Positions 1 to 9,234 of a DNA stretch of 64,000 nt are shown here, piece after piece. The notes beneath the pieces were generated by a model, which was not told the DNA's origin, searched no databases, and saw nothing but the letters and a program-made list of their open reading frames with translations. Every line of letters starts with the position of its first letter. Position 1 is the stretch's first letter. The stretch is from an uncultured Rhodobacteraceae bacterium (lineage in GTDB: Bacteria > Pseudomonadota > Alphaproteobacteria > Rhodobacterales > Rhodobacteraceae), in NCBI GenBank assembly GCA_938049225.1, contig CALICM010000045.1:33114-97113 (forward strand), written 5' to 3'. Position numbers and translations under genes: made by a program.

Positions 1-1
1 T

Positions 2-694
2 ATCCGCGAGGGCGAGATCCGCGCGATCATCGGGCCGAATGGTGCGGGCAAGTCCAGCATGCTGAATGTTATCAACGGTTTTTATCATCCGCAGGAAGGC
101 GAGGTTTGGTTTCGCGGGCAAAAGCGTAAGCCGATGAAACCGCATGCGATCGCGCATCAGGGGATCGCGCGAACGTTTCAGAACATCGCTTTGTTTCGCG
201 GGATGACCACGTTGGACAACATCATGACGGGGCGTTTTACCAAGATGAGGGCCCCCTGGTGGCAGCAGGCCTTTTGGACCGGCCCCGCCGAGCGTGAGGA
301 AGTCGCGAACCGCGAGGTGGTCGAGAAGATCATCGATTTCCTTGAAATTCAGGCGATTCGAAAGACACCCGTGGGCCGATTGCCTTATGGCTTGCAGAAA
401 CGGGTTGAGTTGGGGCGGGCCCTGGCCGCCGAGCCCAAGCTGCTGCTGCTGGACGAGCCGATGGCGGGGATGAACGTCGAAGAGAAAGAGGACATGAGCC
501 GCTTCATCCTGGATGTGAACGACGAGTTTGGGACGACGATCGCGCTGATCGAGCATGATATGGGTGTGGTTATGGACATCTCGGACCGTGTCGTGGTGAT
601 GGATTATGGCGCGAAGATCGGCGATGGGACCCCGGATGAGGTGCGCAATAATGCAGCCGTGATCGACGCCTATTTGGGGGTAGCGCATGATTGA
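2..694 (+). CDS. HAAT-family (branched-chain amino acid type) ABC transporter ATP-binding protein, LivG-like; 5' end outside window
   Basis: Frame open from base 2. Walker A GPNGAGKS at the window edge; LQKRVELGRALAAEPKLLLLDEP signature/Walker B region. ORF track 59..694. Confidence 0.85.
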   Translation: MREGEIRAIIGPNGAGKSSMLNVINGFYHPQEGEVWFRGQKRKPMKPHAIAHQGIARTFQNIALFRGMTTLDNIMTGRFTKMRAPWWQQAFWTGPAEREEVANREVVEKIIDFLEIQAIRKTPVGRLPYGLQKRVELGRALAAEPKLLLLDEPMAGMNVEEKEDMSRFILDVNDEFGTTIALIEHDMGVVMDISDRVVVMDYGAKIGDGTPDEVRNNAAVIDAYLGVAHD

Positions 695-1304
695 GCCGAC
701 CCTATGCCGGGGCGGGGCGGCCCACCCGCCCACCCCCGCCGCCCCACCCCGGCATTTGGTGCTTTTGGCGGCGGCGGGTCTTTTTCTGGGGTCGGCGGTC
801 ATGGGGCGGGCCGACAGCGTCTCTGTCGGCGCTGAAAGTTTAGACCTGTTTCAGTCCCATTGCGTTGGTCCGTTGACGACTGCGGATATCCCCCATGCGC
901 AGGGGTTGGCCCCTTTGGAACCCGATCACGCCGAGCGGTTCCAACGGATCCTGGGCCTGATGGGGGTGGCCAATACAGATCCTGAGGGGCAGGAGTTTTG
1001 GGTCACCGACACAACAAAACTGATCTATGTGACTCGCCGCGATCAACCGTATTGCGTGGTTTTCGGCTTTGACGCCGAGTATATCGAGGTCAGCGCCGCC
1101 TTGGCCGACTGGCGGGATATGCACGGAGATGCCTTTTTGGCGGATGGCGATTTTTCTTTGGACAGCACTGTCGCAGGGCGCCCGGCGCTTACATCGCTTA
1201 CCCGAAACCTTCCTGAGAACGGTACAATTCGTCTCAGCCTCAGCTATGACCCGAAGCTGGCCGGTCTTTTCGTGGCCGCCGCTGATCGCGTGGACACACG
1301 CTAA
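687..1304 (+). CDS. Hypothetical exported protein (HCVG-motif, copy 1)
   Basis: ATG overlaps the LivG-like stop by 8 nt. Signal-like segment LVLLAAAGLFLGSAVMG. Shares an HCVG ... xCxVV layout with the next ORF. No family recognised. Confidence 0.55.
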   Translation: MIEPTLCRGGAAHPPTPAAPPRHLVLLAAAGLFLGSAVMGRADSVSVGAESLDLFQSHCVGPLTTADIPHAQGLAPLEPDHAERFQRILGLMGVANTDPEGQEFWVTDTTKLIYVTRRDQPYCVVFGFDAEYIEVSAALADWRDMHGDAFLADGDFSLDSTVAGRPALTSLTRNLPENGTIRLSLSYDPKLAGLFVAAADRVDTR

Positions 1305-1339
1305 TCCCAAATGAGACCTCTAAAAAAGGACTGAATACA

Positions 1340-1825
1340 ATGCTTGCTGCCCGTACCGTGACCCCGGTCCTGACCCTGATATCGGCCCTGACCCTGATCC
1401 CCTTCGCCGCCACCGCCGGAGAGAACGCTTGGAAATTGGCCTCGAAACACTGTGTAGGCGCCTTTGAACGGCTCAACCCGGTGGACACCAGCGGTATGAC
1501 ACCGGCAGAAGCGCCGGCCTGGGCAGCTGTTGAAGAGGGCGCCGAGACCTTTGAGGTGGCCCCCGAGATCTTCTTGATGGTTAAGGGCGATATCGAAACC
1601 GAGCTGGCCAGTTGCACCGTGGTGGCACAAGCCGAAGGTCTGACCGATGACTTCTTGGGATGGGCCAAGGAAGCGGCTTTGATCGACATCTATGGCCCCG
1701 TCGAAGGCGATGATCTGACCCATATCGAAACCATCGACTGGCGCGAGCCCCGGATGGAAGTGAAAATCGAGGAGAAGGACGGGGTCACCTGGATCCACAC
1801 CTTCGAAGTCGACAAAGAGGCGTGA
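1340..1825 (+). CDS. Hypothetical exported protein (HCVG-motif, copy 2)
   Basis: Signal peptide-like TPVLTLISALTLIPFAATA. 3-nt gap to the LivH-like start. No family recognised. Confidence 0.6.
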   Translation: MLAARTVTPVLTLISALTLIPFAATAGENAWKLASKHCVGAFERLNPVDTSGMTPAEAPAWAAVEEGAETFEVAPEIFLMVKGDIETELASCTVVAQAEGLTDDFLGWAKEAALIDIYGPVEGDDLTHIETIDWREPRMEVKIEEKDGVTWIHTFEVDKEA

Positions 1826-1828
1826 TAT

Positions 1829-2830
1829 ATGAGCCCGACGTTTCTGTATACGATTGAAGTGATCCTCAACGGCCTTATGGCCGGCGTGATGTATTCGCTG
1901 GTTGCCTTGGGCTTTGTGCTGATCTTCAAGGCGTCGGGCATCTTCAACTATGCCCAAGGGGTGATGGCGCTGTTCGCTGCCCTCACCTTGGTGGGCCTGC
2001 AAAACGGCCAAGTGCCCTTTGCGCATTTGATCAACGCAGTCTTTGGCACGGATGTGCATTACTTCGGTTGGAACGTCCCCACTGTGGCGGCGATCTTGCT
2101 GACCCTTCTGATCATGGTCGCCTTTGCCTGGGCGGTGGAGGCGCTGATCCTGAAGCATCTGGTCAACCAAGAGCCGATCATCCTGTTTATGGCGACCATC
2201 GGCCTGGCCTATTTCATGGAAGGGTTTGGCGACCTTATGTGGGGGTCGGACATCAAGAAACTGGATGTTGGCCTGCCGTCGGGCGGATCCTTTTGGCTGG
2301 AGGATCTGACGGCCGGGTGGGCGGCCGAGGGGGCTGAGTACTACGGCATGTATATCGATCTGCTGGACGTCTGGGCCACGATGATTGCCGTGACACTGGT
2401 GATCGCGCTGATGTTGTTCTCGCAATACACCAAGACCGGCCGCGCCCTGCGTGCCGTGGCGGATGATCACCAAGCGGCGCTATCAGTGGGGATCAGCCTG
2501 CGGACGATTTGGGTGATTGTGTGGTCCATCGCGGGCTTCGTGGCCTTGGTTGCGGGGATCATGTGGGGCGCGAAACTGGGTGTGCAGTTTTCGCTGAGCC
2601 TGATCGCTTTGAAGGCCTTGCCGGTGCTGATGCTGGGCGGCTTTACGTCGATCCCCGGCGCGATTGTCGGGGGGCTGATCATTGGGGTGGGTGAGAAGCT
2701 GTTCGAGTTCTCGATCGGGCCTCTGATCGGTGGGGCAACGGAAAACTGGTTCGCTTATGTTTTGGCGCTGCTGTTCCTGGTGTTCCGGCCGCAGGGTTTA
2801 TTTGGCGAGAAGATAATTGAGAGGGTTTAA
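1829..2830 (+). CDS. HAAT-family ABC transporter permease, LivH-like
   Basis: 333-aa polytopic membrane protein. LivH-type N-terminus (LNGLMAGVMYSLVALGFVLIF) and C-terminus (FRPQGLFG). Confidence 0.9.
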   Translation: MSPTFLYTIEVILNGLMAGVMYSLVALGFVLIFKASGIFNYAQGVMALFAALTLVGLQNGQVPFAHLINAVFGTDVHYFGWNVPTVAAILLTLLIMVAFAWAVEALILKHLVNQEPIILFMATIGLAYFMEGFGDLMWGSDIKKLDVGLPSGGSFWLEDLTAGWAAEGAEYYGMYIDLLDVWATMIAVTLVIALMLFSQYTKTGRALRAVADDHQAALSVGISLRTIWVIVWSIAGFVALVAGIMWGAKLGVQFSLSLIALKALPVLMLGGFTSIPGAIVGGLIIGVGEKLFEFSIGPLIGGATENWFAYVLALLFLVFRPQGLFGEKIIERV

Positions 2831-2835
2831 AATCG

Positions 2836-3273
2836 TTGGAGGATCAACTGAGGTGGACCTGGTTCGCAGCGCTGCTCCTGTGTATTTACGCAGGGCTTTA
2901 TGGGTTTGTTCTTATGTTAATACTTCCCATAATACCGCCGCCGATCAGCTGGGTTATTGTGCCGCTCTTTGGGCTCGCAGTTACTCCTTTTGTTGCGATT
3001 ATGAAGTTGAACAACTTGAGAGAAGCCGCACGGCGTCACACGGTAATCCCGGAAGGTTTAAGGCGACATTCGTGGATAATGTTCTCCGTTATGTGTTTTC
3101 CTGCGGCTTTTTGGGGCTTCGGCGTCGCCTACGCCATTTGGGATCTTCCATATCCTTCTTTGCGCTTTGGAGAGTTCGCGGGTTTTGTGATCTTGGTTTT
3201 TTGTCCTGCGTTTCTGTCGTTTTGGCTGGCTCTCACATTTGCCCGAGTTGCGCGGGCCAAGACCGAAACGTGA
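2836..3273 (+). CDS. Hypothetical integral membrane protein
   Basis: TTG start 12 nt after GAGAGGG. About four hydrophobic segments. Visibly lower G+C than the flanking liv genes. Confidence 0.45.
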   Translation: MEDQLRWTWFAALLLCIYAGLYGFVLMLILPIIPPPISWVIVPLFGLAVTPFVAIMKLNNLREAARRHTVIPEGLRRHSWIMFSVMCFPAAFWGFGVAYAIWDLPYPSLRFGEFAGFVILVFCPAFLSFWLALTFARVARAKTET

Positions 3274-3301
3274 CCAGCTTCCCAATAGGCGAAAGCTCGA
3301 T

Positions 3302-3673
3302 ATGACCCATCGTTCTTCCCTCCGCATGATCGTGATCGACTGTCAGACCGAGGATCTGGCCGAGGCCTGCCGCTTTTGGGAAGCGGCCCTGGGCGGTACC
3401 GCGGATCTGGATGCGGACGGTAAGTATGCGCGGATCCAGGGGCAATCCTGTCCCGCCGTTTTGCTGCAAGCGGTCGACCACGCGCCACGGGTGCATATCG
3501 ACATTGAAAGCGACGATCAGGCTGCCGAGGTGTCGCGACTGGAAACGCTGGGTGCAAAAGTGATCGCGCAGGTCAAGAAATGGACGGTGATGGAGGCGCC
3601 CACCGGGCACAGATTTTGTGTTGTAAATCCGCAGAATGATGGTTTCCTGGCGGACGCCAAGGAATGGAGTTAA
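3302..3673 (+). CDS. VOC (glyoxalase/bleomycin-resistance/dioxygenase-fold) family protein
   Basis: ATG at 3302 preferred over the ORF-track start at 3239, which overlaps the previous ORF. VOC-like sequence VIDCQTEDLAEACRFWEAALG ... HIDIESDD ... WTVMEAPTGHRFCVV. Confidence 0.7.
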   Translation: MTHRSSLRMIVIDCQTEDLAEACRFWEAALGGTADLDADGKYARIQGQSCPAVLLQAVDHAPRVHIDIESDDQAAEVSRLETLGAKVIAQVKKWTVMEAPTGHRFCVVNPQNDGFLADAKEWS

Positions 3674-3679
3674 CGAGTT

Positions 3680-4078
3680 ATGCAAACGATCCTGGATTGG
3701 TTGTTTCGCGACGATGAAACCCTGCACCCCAAGGTGGTGATCGGCGCCGGGCTTTTGGCCTATGTGCTGATGTATCTGAACACTTGGCTGGGGATTGGCA
3801 TTATCCTGGCGGTGCCGCTGGTGGTGATCTCGATCACGATCGTTTGCTATGCGGTGCTGCGCTTCCTGCTGCCGATGATGGACCCCCGCGACCCGGATGC
3901 CGACCGCTTCGCGGTTTGGGGCGGCACGCTTTTGTTTGTGATCGTGGGCGCCGACGCCTTTGGCGTGTGGTTCATCCCCGGTTTGGTGCTGGGCGGCGGG
4001 CTGCTCTACTGGCGCGCGCCGGAACTGCTGGAGGTCTTCCCGTATTTTGAGGGCAAGGGCGGCGGGATGGAGCGCTGA
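3680..4078 (+). CDS. Hypothetical integral membrane protein
   Basis: 132 aa with 3-4 hydrophobic helices. 6-nt gap upstream and 2-nt gap downstream. Confidence 0.5.
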   Translation: MQTILDWLFRDDETLHPKVVIGAGLLAYVLMYLNTWLGIGIILAVPLVVISITIVCYAVLRFLLPMMDPRDPDADRFAVWGGTLLFVIVGADAFGVWFIPGLVLGGGLLYWRAPELLEVFPYFEGKGGGMER

Positions 4079-4080
4079 CG

Positions 4081-4482
4081 ATGGCGGGTGCGGATATTGA
4101 AGCCTCGGAAAATCCGACCCAAGGTCACCCTGAGAAGCGGCCAGGGTTTCGGATGGGACTGATCTTTCTGTTTGCTGCATTGGCTATGATCGGCATTGAA
4201 TCCTATCAGTTCGCCGCGGAGCAGGCCGAGCGAGCCGCCGCCGTCGCAGCGGTTGAGGCGCGGTTGATCGCGGCTGGCCTGCCACTGGATCGCGACACAG
4301 CAAAGGCCCTCGGCCATTTGGTATCACCCGATGGCGCGGAGTTCTTTGTGTGGACCGACCACTTCAAAGCGGCATTTAGTTATATGGTGGTGGGCGCGTT
4401 TCTATTCCAATTCGGCAGGTCTGAGGCGGGCTGCTGGGCAGGACAGATATTCACTAAATTCTGGACCTGGAGACCGCAGTGA
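4081..4482 (+). CDS. Hypothetical membrane protein
   Basis: 133 aa with two hydrophobic segments flanking an Ala-rich helix. Stop overlaps the next start by 4 nt. Confidence 0.5.
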   Translation: MAGADIEASENPTQGHPEKRPGFRMGLIFLFAALAMIGIESYQFAAEQAERAAAVAAVEARLIAAGLPLDRDTAKALGHLVSPDGAEFFVWTDHFKAAFSYMVVGAFLFQFGRSEAGCWAGQIFTKFWTWRPQ

Positions 4483-4724
4483 GAAATCGTGCCACTCCAA
4501 TTGGACCCTTGCGGTTCCTCATCTGGCTCATCGCCGGTGTCAGCTTGTTGCTGACGCTTGGGGGGTTGAGCGTTGGCATGGTGGTCGGGCGCTTGGTCCA
4601 GGCCGGCAGTGCGCATAGCTCTGCGGTCAATATGCCGTTTCTTGTGATGACCGCCGTGATCTTCGCGCTGAGCGCGGCTACCATTATCTTCACCCGTCGG
4701 CGTGTCCGACCTCAGGGGGACTAA
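4479..4724 (+). CDS. Hypothetical small membrane protein
   Basis: 81 aa with two hydrophobic helices. GTGA overlap with the upstream ORF; 3-nt gap to the LivM-like start. Confidence 0.45.
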   Translation: MRNRATPIGPLRFLIWLIAGVSLLLTLGGLSVGMVVGRLVQAGSAHSSAVNMPFLVMTAVIFALSAATIIFTRRRVRPQGD

Positions 4725-4727
4725 CGT

Positions 4728-5804
4728 ATGTTTTACCGCGAGGCTGGGGATTTCAAAACCACCTATGCTGCCGACGCGCAGACCTTTCCGATCAGCTTCG
4801 ATCGCTGGCGGTATTATCTGGTGGTTGGCGTCGCTTTTCTGATCGTCCCGCTGTTTCTGACCGAATATATGGCCAGCGCGGTGCTGATCCCTTTTCTGAT
4901 CTGGTCGATCATTGCGATTGGGTTGAACATTCTGACGGGCTATTGCGGCCAAGTGAGCCTGGGCACGGGCGGGTTCATGGCGGTGGGGGCCTATGCCGCA
5001 TATAAGATCATGACGGCCTTTCCGGATCTGAACATCTTTTTTGTGGTCATTTTGGGTGGTGTGGTCACGGCGATTGTCGGCCTGCTGTTCGGTCTGCCCA
5101 GTTTGCGGATCAAGGGCTTCTACCTGGCTGTCGCCACGTTGGCAGCGCAGTTCTTTCTGGTGTGGCTGTTTAACCGGGTGGCCTGGTTTTACAACTACTC
5201 GGCCTCGGGCCAGATCAGCGCGCCCGAACGTTCGGTCTTTGGTTATGCTGTGACCGGACCGGCGGCGCACGCCTCGTCAAAATATCTGTTTTGCTTGGTT
5301 TTGGCGTTTCTCTTGGCCTGGGTCGCACGCAACCTTACCCGGGGCCGCCTGGGCCGCAGTTGGATGGCGATCCGCGACATGGACATCGCGGCCGAGATCA
5401 TTGGGGTGAACCCCTTGCGCGCCAAACTTTCCGCTTTTGCCGTTTCTTCTTTTTTCGTTGGTGTGGGTGGGGCATTATTTTTCACGGTCTATCTGGGCGC
5501 GGTCGAGGTGGGCGAGGCTTTTGGCATCCAAAAGTCCTTCCTCGCCCTCTTTATGATCATCATCGGCGGCTTGGGCTCGATCTTTGGCAGCTTCGCGGGT
5601 GCGGCCTTTATCGTGCTGATGCCCGTCTTGCTGAAAAACATCATGGTCGGCGGCTTTGGCTGGCCCACCGACATCGCCGCGCATTTCGAGTTCATCATTC
5701 TGGGTGGCCTGATCATCATCTTTCTGATCGCCGAGCCGCATGGGCTGGCTGCCCTCTGGCGAACCGCGAAAGAAAAACTACGTCTATGGCCGTTCCCACA
5801 CTAG
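4728..5804 (+). CDS. HAAT-family ABC transporter permease, LivM-like
   Basis: 358-aa polytopic protein. LivM-type core (GLNILTGYCGQVSLGTGGFMAVGAY). Confidence 0.9.
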   Translation: MFYREAGDFKTTYAADAQTFPISFDRWRYYLVVGVAFLIVPLFLTEYMASAVLIPFLIWSIIAIGLNILTGYCGQVSLGTGGFMAVGAYAAYKIMTAFPDLNIFFVVILGGVVTAIVGLLFGLPSLRIKGFYLAVATLAAQFFLVWLFNRVAWFYNYSASGQISAPERSVFGYAVTGPAAHASSKYLFCLVLAFLLAWVARNLTRGRLGRSWMAIRDMDIAAEIIGVNPLRAKLSAFAVSSFFVGVGGALFFTVYLGAVEVGEAFGIQKSFLALFMIIIGGLGSIFGSFAGAAFIVLMPVLLKNIMVGGFGWPTDIAAHFEFIILGGLIIIFLIAEPHGLAALWRTAKEKLRLWPFPH

Positions 5805-5861
5805 GGTGGGCCGCACATTCCCCGGTCAACGGGGCTTAACCATGTCAGGGAGGTTTACGAC

Positions 5862-7151
5862 ATGAAATTCAAAACCCTAGCGACTGCGGCGATTGCCTCG
5901 GTCATGGCGGCCAGCCCGGTCCTGGCGGATCTGGTGTTCCCGTCGCTCAGCTATCGCACCGGGCCCTATGCAGCTGGCGGTATCCCTTTCGCGGACGGCT
6001 ATGCCGACTATTTCACCCTGCTGAACGAACGTGACGGCGGCATTGGTGGCATCGAAGTGCGCGTGCCGGAATGCGAGACCGCCTATAACACCGAAAAAGG
6101 GGTGGAGTGCTACGAGTCGACCAAGGGCGACGGCGCATTGTTGTATCAGCCGCTGTCGACCGGCATCACCTATCAGCTGATCCCCAAGGTCAGCGAGGAC
6201 AAGATCCCGCTGCATACCATGGGTTATGGTCGTACATCGGCCGCGAACGGCAAGGTGTTCGAGTGGGTCTTTAACTACCCCGCGAACTACTGGAACGGTG
6301 CCAGCCATGCGGTGAACCACGTTCTGGACCTGAACGACGGTGACATCAGCGGCAAGAAAATCGCGCTGGTCTATCACAACTCGGCCTACGGCAAGGAGCC
6401 CATCCGCACGCTTGAGGAACTCAGTGCCAAGCATGGGTTCGAGTTTACGCCGGTCGCGGTCGATCACCCGGGTCAGGAGCAGAAGTCGCAGTGGCTGCAA
6501 ATTCGCCGCGAGCGCCCGGACTATGTCTTTATGTGGGGCTGGGGTGTGATGAACCAGGTTGCCGTGCAGGAGGCCGCGAATATCCGCTATCCGATGGAGA
6601 ACTTCATCGGCATTTGGTGGTCGGGGTCCGAGAATGACGTCCTGCCCGCGAGCGATTCCGCAACCGGCTTCAAGGCGCTCACCTTCCACAATGTCGGCTC
6701 AGACTTCCCCGTTTTCGACGATATCCAAGAACATGTCGTCGACAAGGGCCTTGCCGCCGGCGCGGGCGATCAGATCGGTACTGTGCTCTATAACCGCGGT
6801 CTCTATGCTGCAATGCTAGCCGCTGAAGCAGCGCGCAAGGCCCAAGAGATCCACGGCACGGCCGAAATCACCCCCGAGATGATGCGCGACGGGATGGAGG
6901 CGCTGGAGATAACTGAGGCGCGGATGGGAGAGCTTGGCATGCCCAACTTCGGCCCGTCGTTCAATGTCACCTGTGACAACCATGGTGGCCCCGGCTTGGG
7001 CGCGGTCCAGCAGTGGGATGCCGCGACTGGCAAATGGTCGCTGATCTCGGAGTTCGGCCCCTCGGACGCCGAGGTGATTAACGCTCTGATCGAAGAAGAC
7101 AGCGGCGCCTATGCGGCAGAGAACAATCTGACGCCGCGCGACTGCAACTAA
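5862..7151 (+). CDS. ABC transporter substrate-binding protein (Leu/Ile/Val-binding-protein family)
   Basis: Signal peptide MKFKTLATAAIASVMAASPVLA. 429 aa, type-I periplasmic binding-protein-like. Sits between the LivM-like and LivF-like genes. Confidence 0.85.
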   Translation: MKFKTLATAAIASVMAASPVLADLVFPSLSYRTGPYAAGGIPFADGYADYFTLLNERDGGIGGIEVRVPECETAYNTEKGVECYESTKGDGALLYQPLSTGITYQLIPKVSEDKIPLHTMGYGRTSAANGKVFEWVFNYPANYWNGASHAVNHVLDLNDGDISGKKIALVYHNSAYGKEPIRTLEELSAKHGFEFTPVAVDHPGQEQKSQWLQIRRERPDYVFMWGWGVMNQVAVQEAANIRYPMENFIGIWWSGSENDVLPASDSATGFKALTFHNVGSDFPVFDDIQEHVVDKGLAAGAGDQIGTVLYNRGLYAAMLAAEAARKAQEIHGTAEITPEMMRDGMEALEITEARMGELGMPNFGPSFNVTCDNHGGPGLGAVQQWDAATGKWSLISEFGPSDAEVINALIEEDSGAYAAENNLTPRDCN

Positions 7152-7162
7152 ACCTCGACAGT

Positions 7163-7188
7163 CGCGTCCCCGGGCTTAAGGGGGCGCG
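7163..7188 (+). other. Intercistronic GC-rich stem-loop after the binding-protein gene
   Basis: CGCGTCCCC / GGGGGCGCG gives a 9-bp stem (one G-U) with an 8-nt loop. No U tract follows, so it is not a classical terminator. Confidence 0.45.
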
Positions 7189-7210
7189 GCCCAACAAATG
7201 GAATAGACCC

Positions 7211-8413
7211 TTGCGCAAACTTTCTGTTCTTTTGGTCCCTTTCGCCTTGGCGGCCTGCTCGGCCACCGAACCTGAAAACCTGATGTGCCCGGCCCTTGAA
7301 GTTGCCTCGAACGAAGGTGTCGAGGTGAGTCAAGGCCGCGTCATGACGCCAGAAGAAGCCCAGATCTTTGGCATGGGTGCTATGTTCTCGCAACGGGCCG
7401 ATGTGGCGCCTGCGCCTGCGGATGTGCCGCGCCGTGTCGCCCCGCCGATCCCCAAGATCAAGGTCGCCGTGTTGTCTGCGGGGGGGCAATTTGGCGCCTT
7501 TACCGCCGGTTTCATGACTGGCTGGTCGCAAAACCCTGTCACCCCTCGCCCGCAGGAATTCGAAGTTGTCACGGGGGTCAGCACCGGTGCGCTGCTGGCA
7601 CCTTATGTCTTTGCTGGCTCGGACTACGACGTCAATCTTGAGGCGATCTATAATGGTGTGGGCGAGGCGTCAGTGTTCCGTCGTCGTAGCACCTTGGAAT
7701 TGGCCAGTGCGCCATCGCTATGGGACGCCTCGCCGCTGCGTAAGCAAATCACCGACAACCTGGACAAAGAGCTGTGGGACAGAATCGCTGCGGCTTCGGA
7801 TGATCGCACCCTGCTAGTGGGTGCCGTGAACCTGAACTCAGGGTTCTTCGAGGCGTTCGACCTGACCTCGATCGCGGCAAAGGGCGGCGCTGGCGCCCCT
7901 GACTGCTTTACCGAAGGGCTGATGGCCAGTGCTGCGATCCCGGTCGCCTTTGCGCCGCGCAAGATCAACGGGAACCTCTATATTGACGGTGCCGCGCGCC
8001 AGGGCCTTTTCCTGCGGGGCCTGGCCCGGGCCCGCGTGCAGCCCGAGATCTATGTGTTTCTGAACAACCCCGCCGCCTTCCCCGAAGGGGATCCGACATA
8101 TGGCCTGCCGCCGCTGGCCGGGCGCGCCACGCAGATCCTGTCGGACGAGTTGCTGCGTTCCTCGGCCGAGGATGCGGTGCGCTTCGCAATGTCGCAGGGC
8201 TGGGACATTAAGGGTGTCTTCGCGCCCGATATCGAGCCGGGCCCCGATTGCATCAACCGCGGCGGGCAGAAGGCGTCGTTCTGCAAAAGCTTCACCGCTG
8301 CCCTGTTCAAAGACGGCTGGACAAAAGGCAACGCCAACCCGATCCCATGGCTGGACGCTGACGAGCTGTTGGAACGCCTGGGCGACAGCCGCCATAACCA
8401 ACGGACCCAGTGA
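7211..8413 (+). CDS. Patatin-like phospholipase, predicted lipoprotein
   Basis: Lipobox LAAC near the N-terminus. Patatin motifs: AGGQFG (oxyanion GGxxG), GVSTG (GxSxG), YIDGAA (catalytic Asp). Stop overlaps the LivF-like start by 4 nt. TTG start. Confidence 0.8.
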   Translation: MRKLSVLLVPFALAACSATEPENLMCPALEVASNEGVEVSQGRVMTPEEAQIFGMGAMFSQRADVAPAPADVPRRVAPPIPKIKVAVLSAGGQFGAFTAGFMTGWSQNPVTPRPQEFEVVTGVSTGALLAPYVFAGSDYDVNLEAIYNGVGEASVFRRRSTLELASAPSLWDASPLRKQITDNLDKELWDRIAAASDDRTLLVGAVNLNSGFFEAFDLTSIAAKGGAGAPDCFTEGLMASAAIPVAFAPRKINGNLYIDGAARQGLFLRGLARARVQPEIYVFLNNPAAFPEGDPTYGLPPLAGRATQILSDELLRSSAEDAVRFAMSQGWDIKGVFAPDIEPGPDCINRGGQKASFCKSFTAALFKDGWTKGNANPIPWLDADELLERLGDSRHNQRTQ

Positions 8414-9234
8414 TGTTGGATAGCGCAAAAACCGAGACTTTGCTTGAGGTCAACAACATCGAGGTGATCTACAATCACGTCATCTTGGTGCTCAAAGGGG
8501 TCAGCTTAAGCGTGCCAAAGGGCGGCATCACCGCCCTTCTGGGGGGCAATGGTGCGGGCAAGACAACCACCCTGAAGGCGATTTCGAACCTGCTGCATTC
8601 TGAGCGGGGTGAAATCACCAAGGGTAGCATTGAATATCGCGGCGACCGGATTGGGAACCTGAGCCCGAATGAAATGGTGAAACGCGGGGTCATCCAGGTG
8701 ATGGAAGGCCGCCATTGTTTCGAACATTTGACCGTTGAGGAAAATCTGATGACCGGCGCGTATACGCGCCGCGAGGGCAAAGGCGCTGTCGAGGCCGATC
8801 TGGACCTGGTCTATACCTATTTTCCGCGTCTAAAGGAGCGCCGCAAATCCCAAGCAGGTTATACCAGCGGGGGCGAGCAGCAGATGTGCGCGATCGGCCG
8901 TGCGTTGATGAGCAAGCCCGAGACGGTGCTGCTGGACGAACCCTCGATGGGCCTGGCCCCGCAACTGGTCGAAGAGATCTTCGGCATCGTCAAAGCGCTG
9001 AACGAGAACGAGGGGGTGTCGTTCCTGCTGGCCGAGCAAAACACCAACGTCGCGCTGCGGTTCGCGCACTATGGCTATATCCTCGAGTCCGGTCGCATCG
9101 TCATGGACGGCCCCGCCGACGAGCTTCGCGAAAACCCGGACGTCAAGGAGTTCTACTTGGGCATGTCCGATAAGGGCCGCAAGTCCTTCCGCGATGTGCG
9201 CAGCTATCGGCGGCGCAAACGCTGGCTGAGTTAA
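8410..9234 (+). CDS. HAAT-family ABC transporter ATP-binding protein, LivF-like
   Basis: Walker A GGNGAGKTT, signature YTSGGEQQM, Walker B LLDEPS. Confidence 0.9.
   Translation: MMLDSAKTETLLEVNNIEVIYNHVILVLKGVSLSVPKGGITALLGGNGAGKTTTLKAISNLLHSERGEITKGSIEYRGDRIGNLSPNEMVKRGVIQVMEGRHCFEHLTVEENLMTGAYTRREGKGAVEADLDLVYTYFPRLKERRKSQAGYTSGGEQQMCAIGRALMSKPETVLLDEPSMGLAPQLVEEIFGIVKALNENEGVSFLLAEQNTNVALRFAHYGYILESGRIVMDGPADELRENPDVKEFYLGMSDKGRKSFRDVRSYRRRKRWLS

Noticed and set aside
1301-2473. Long antisense ORFs opposite recognisable genes. Examples: 1301..2473, 3233..4180, 4380..5270, 17523..18857, 20636..21808, 20868..21872, 27347..28345, 32870..34309, 35411..36499, 42256..43473, 50376..51740, 50864..52048, 55209..56048, 59514..60689
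   Set aside because: These are typical high-GC shadow ORFs. They have low-complexity Arg/Gly/Pro/Asp-rich translations with no motifs. Each overlaps a gene with clear family signatures on the other strand.
7211-8413. Patatin-like gene as a CBASS-type or other defence effector
   Set aside because: No cyclase, sensor or other defence-type partner is nearby. The protein has a lipoprotein signal and is embedded in, and overlapped with, a transporter operon.
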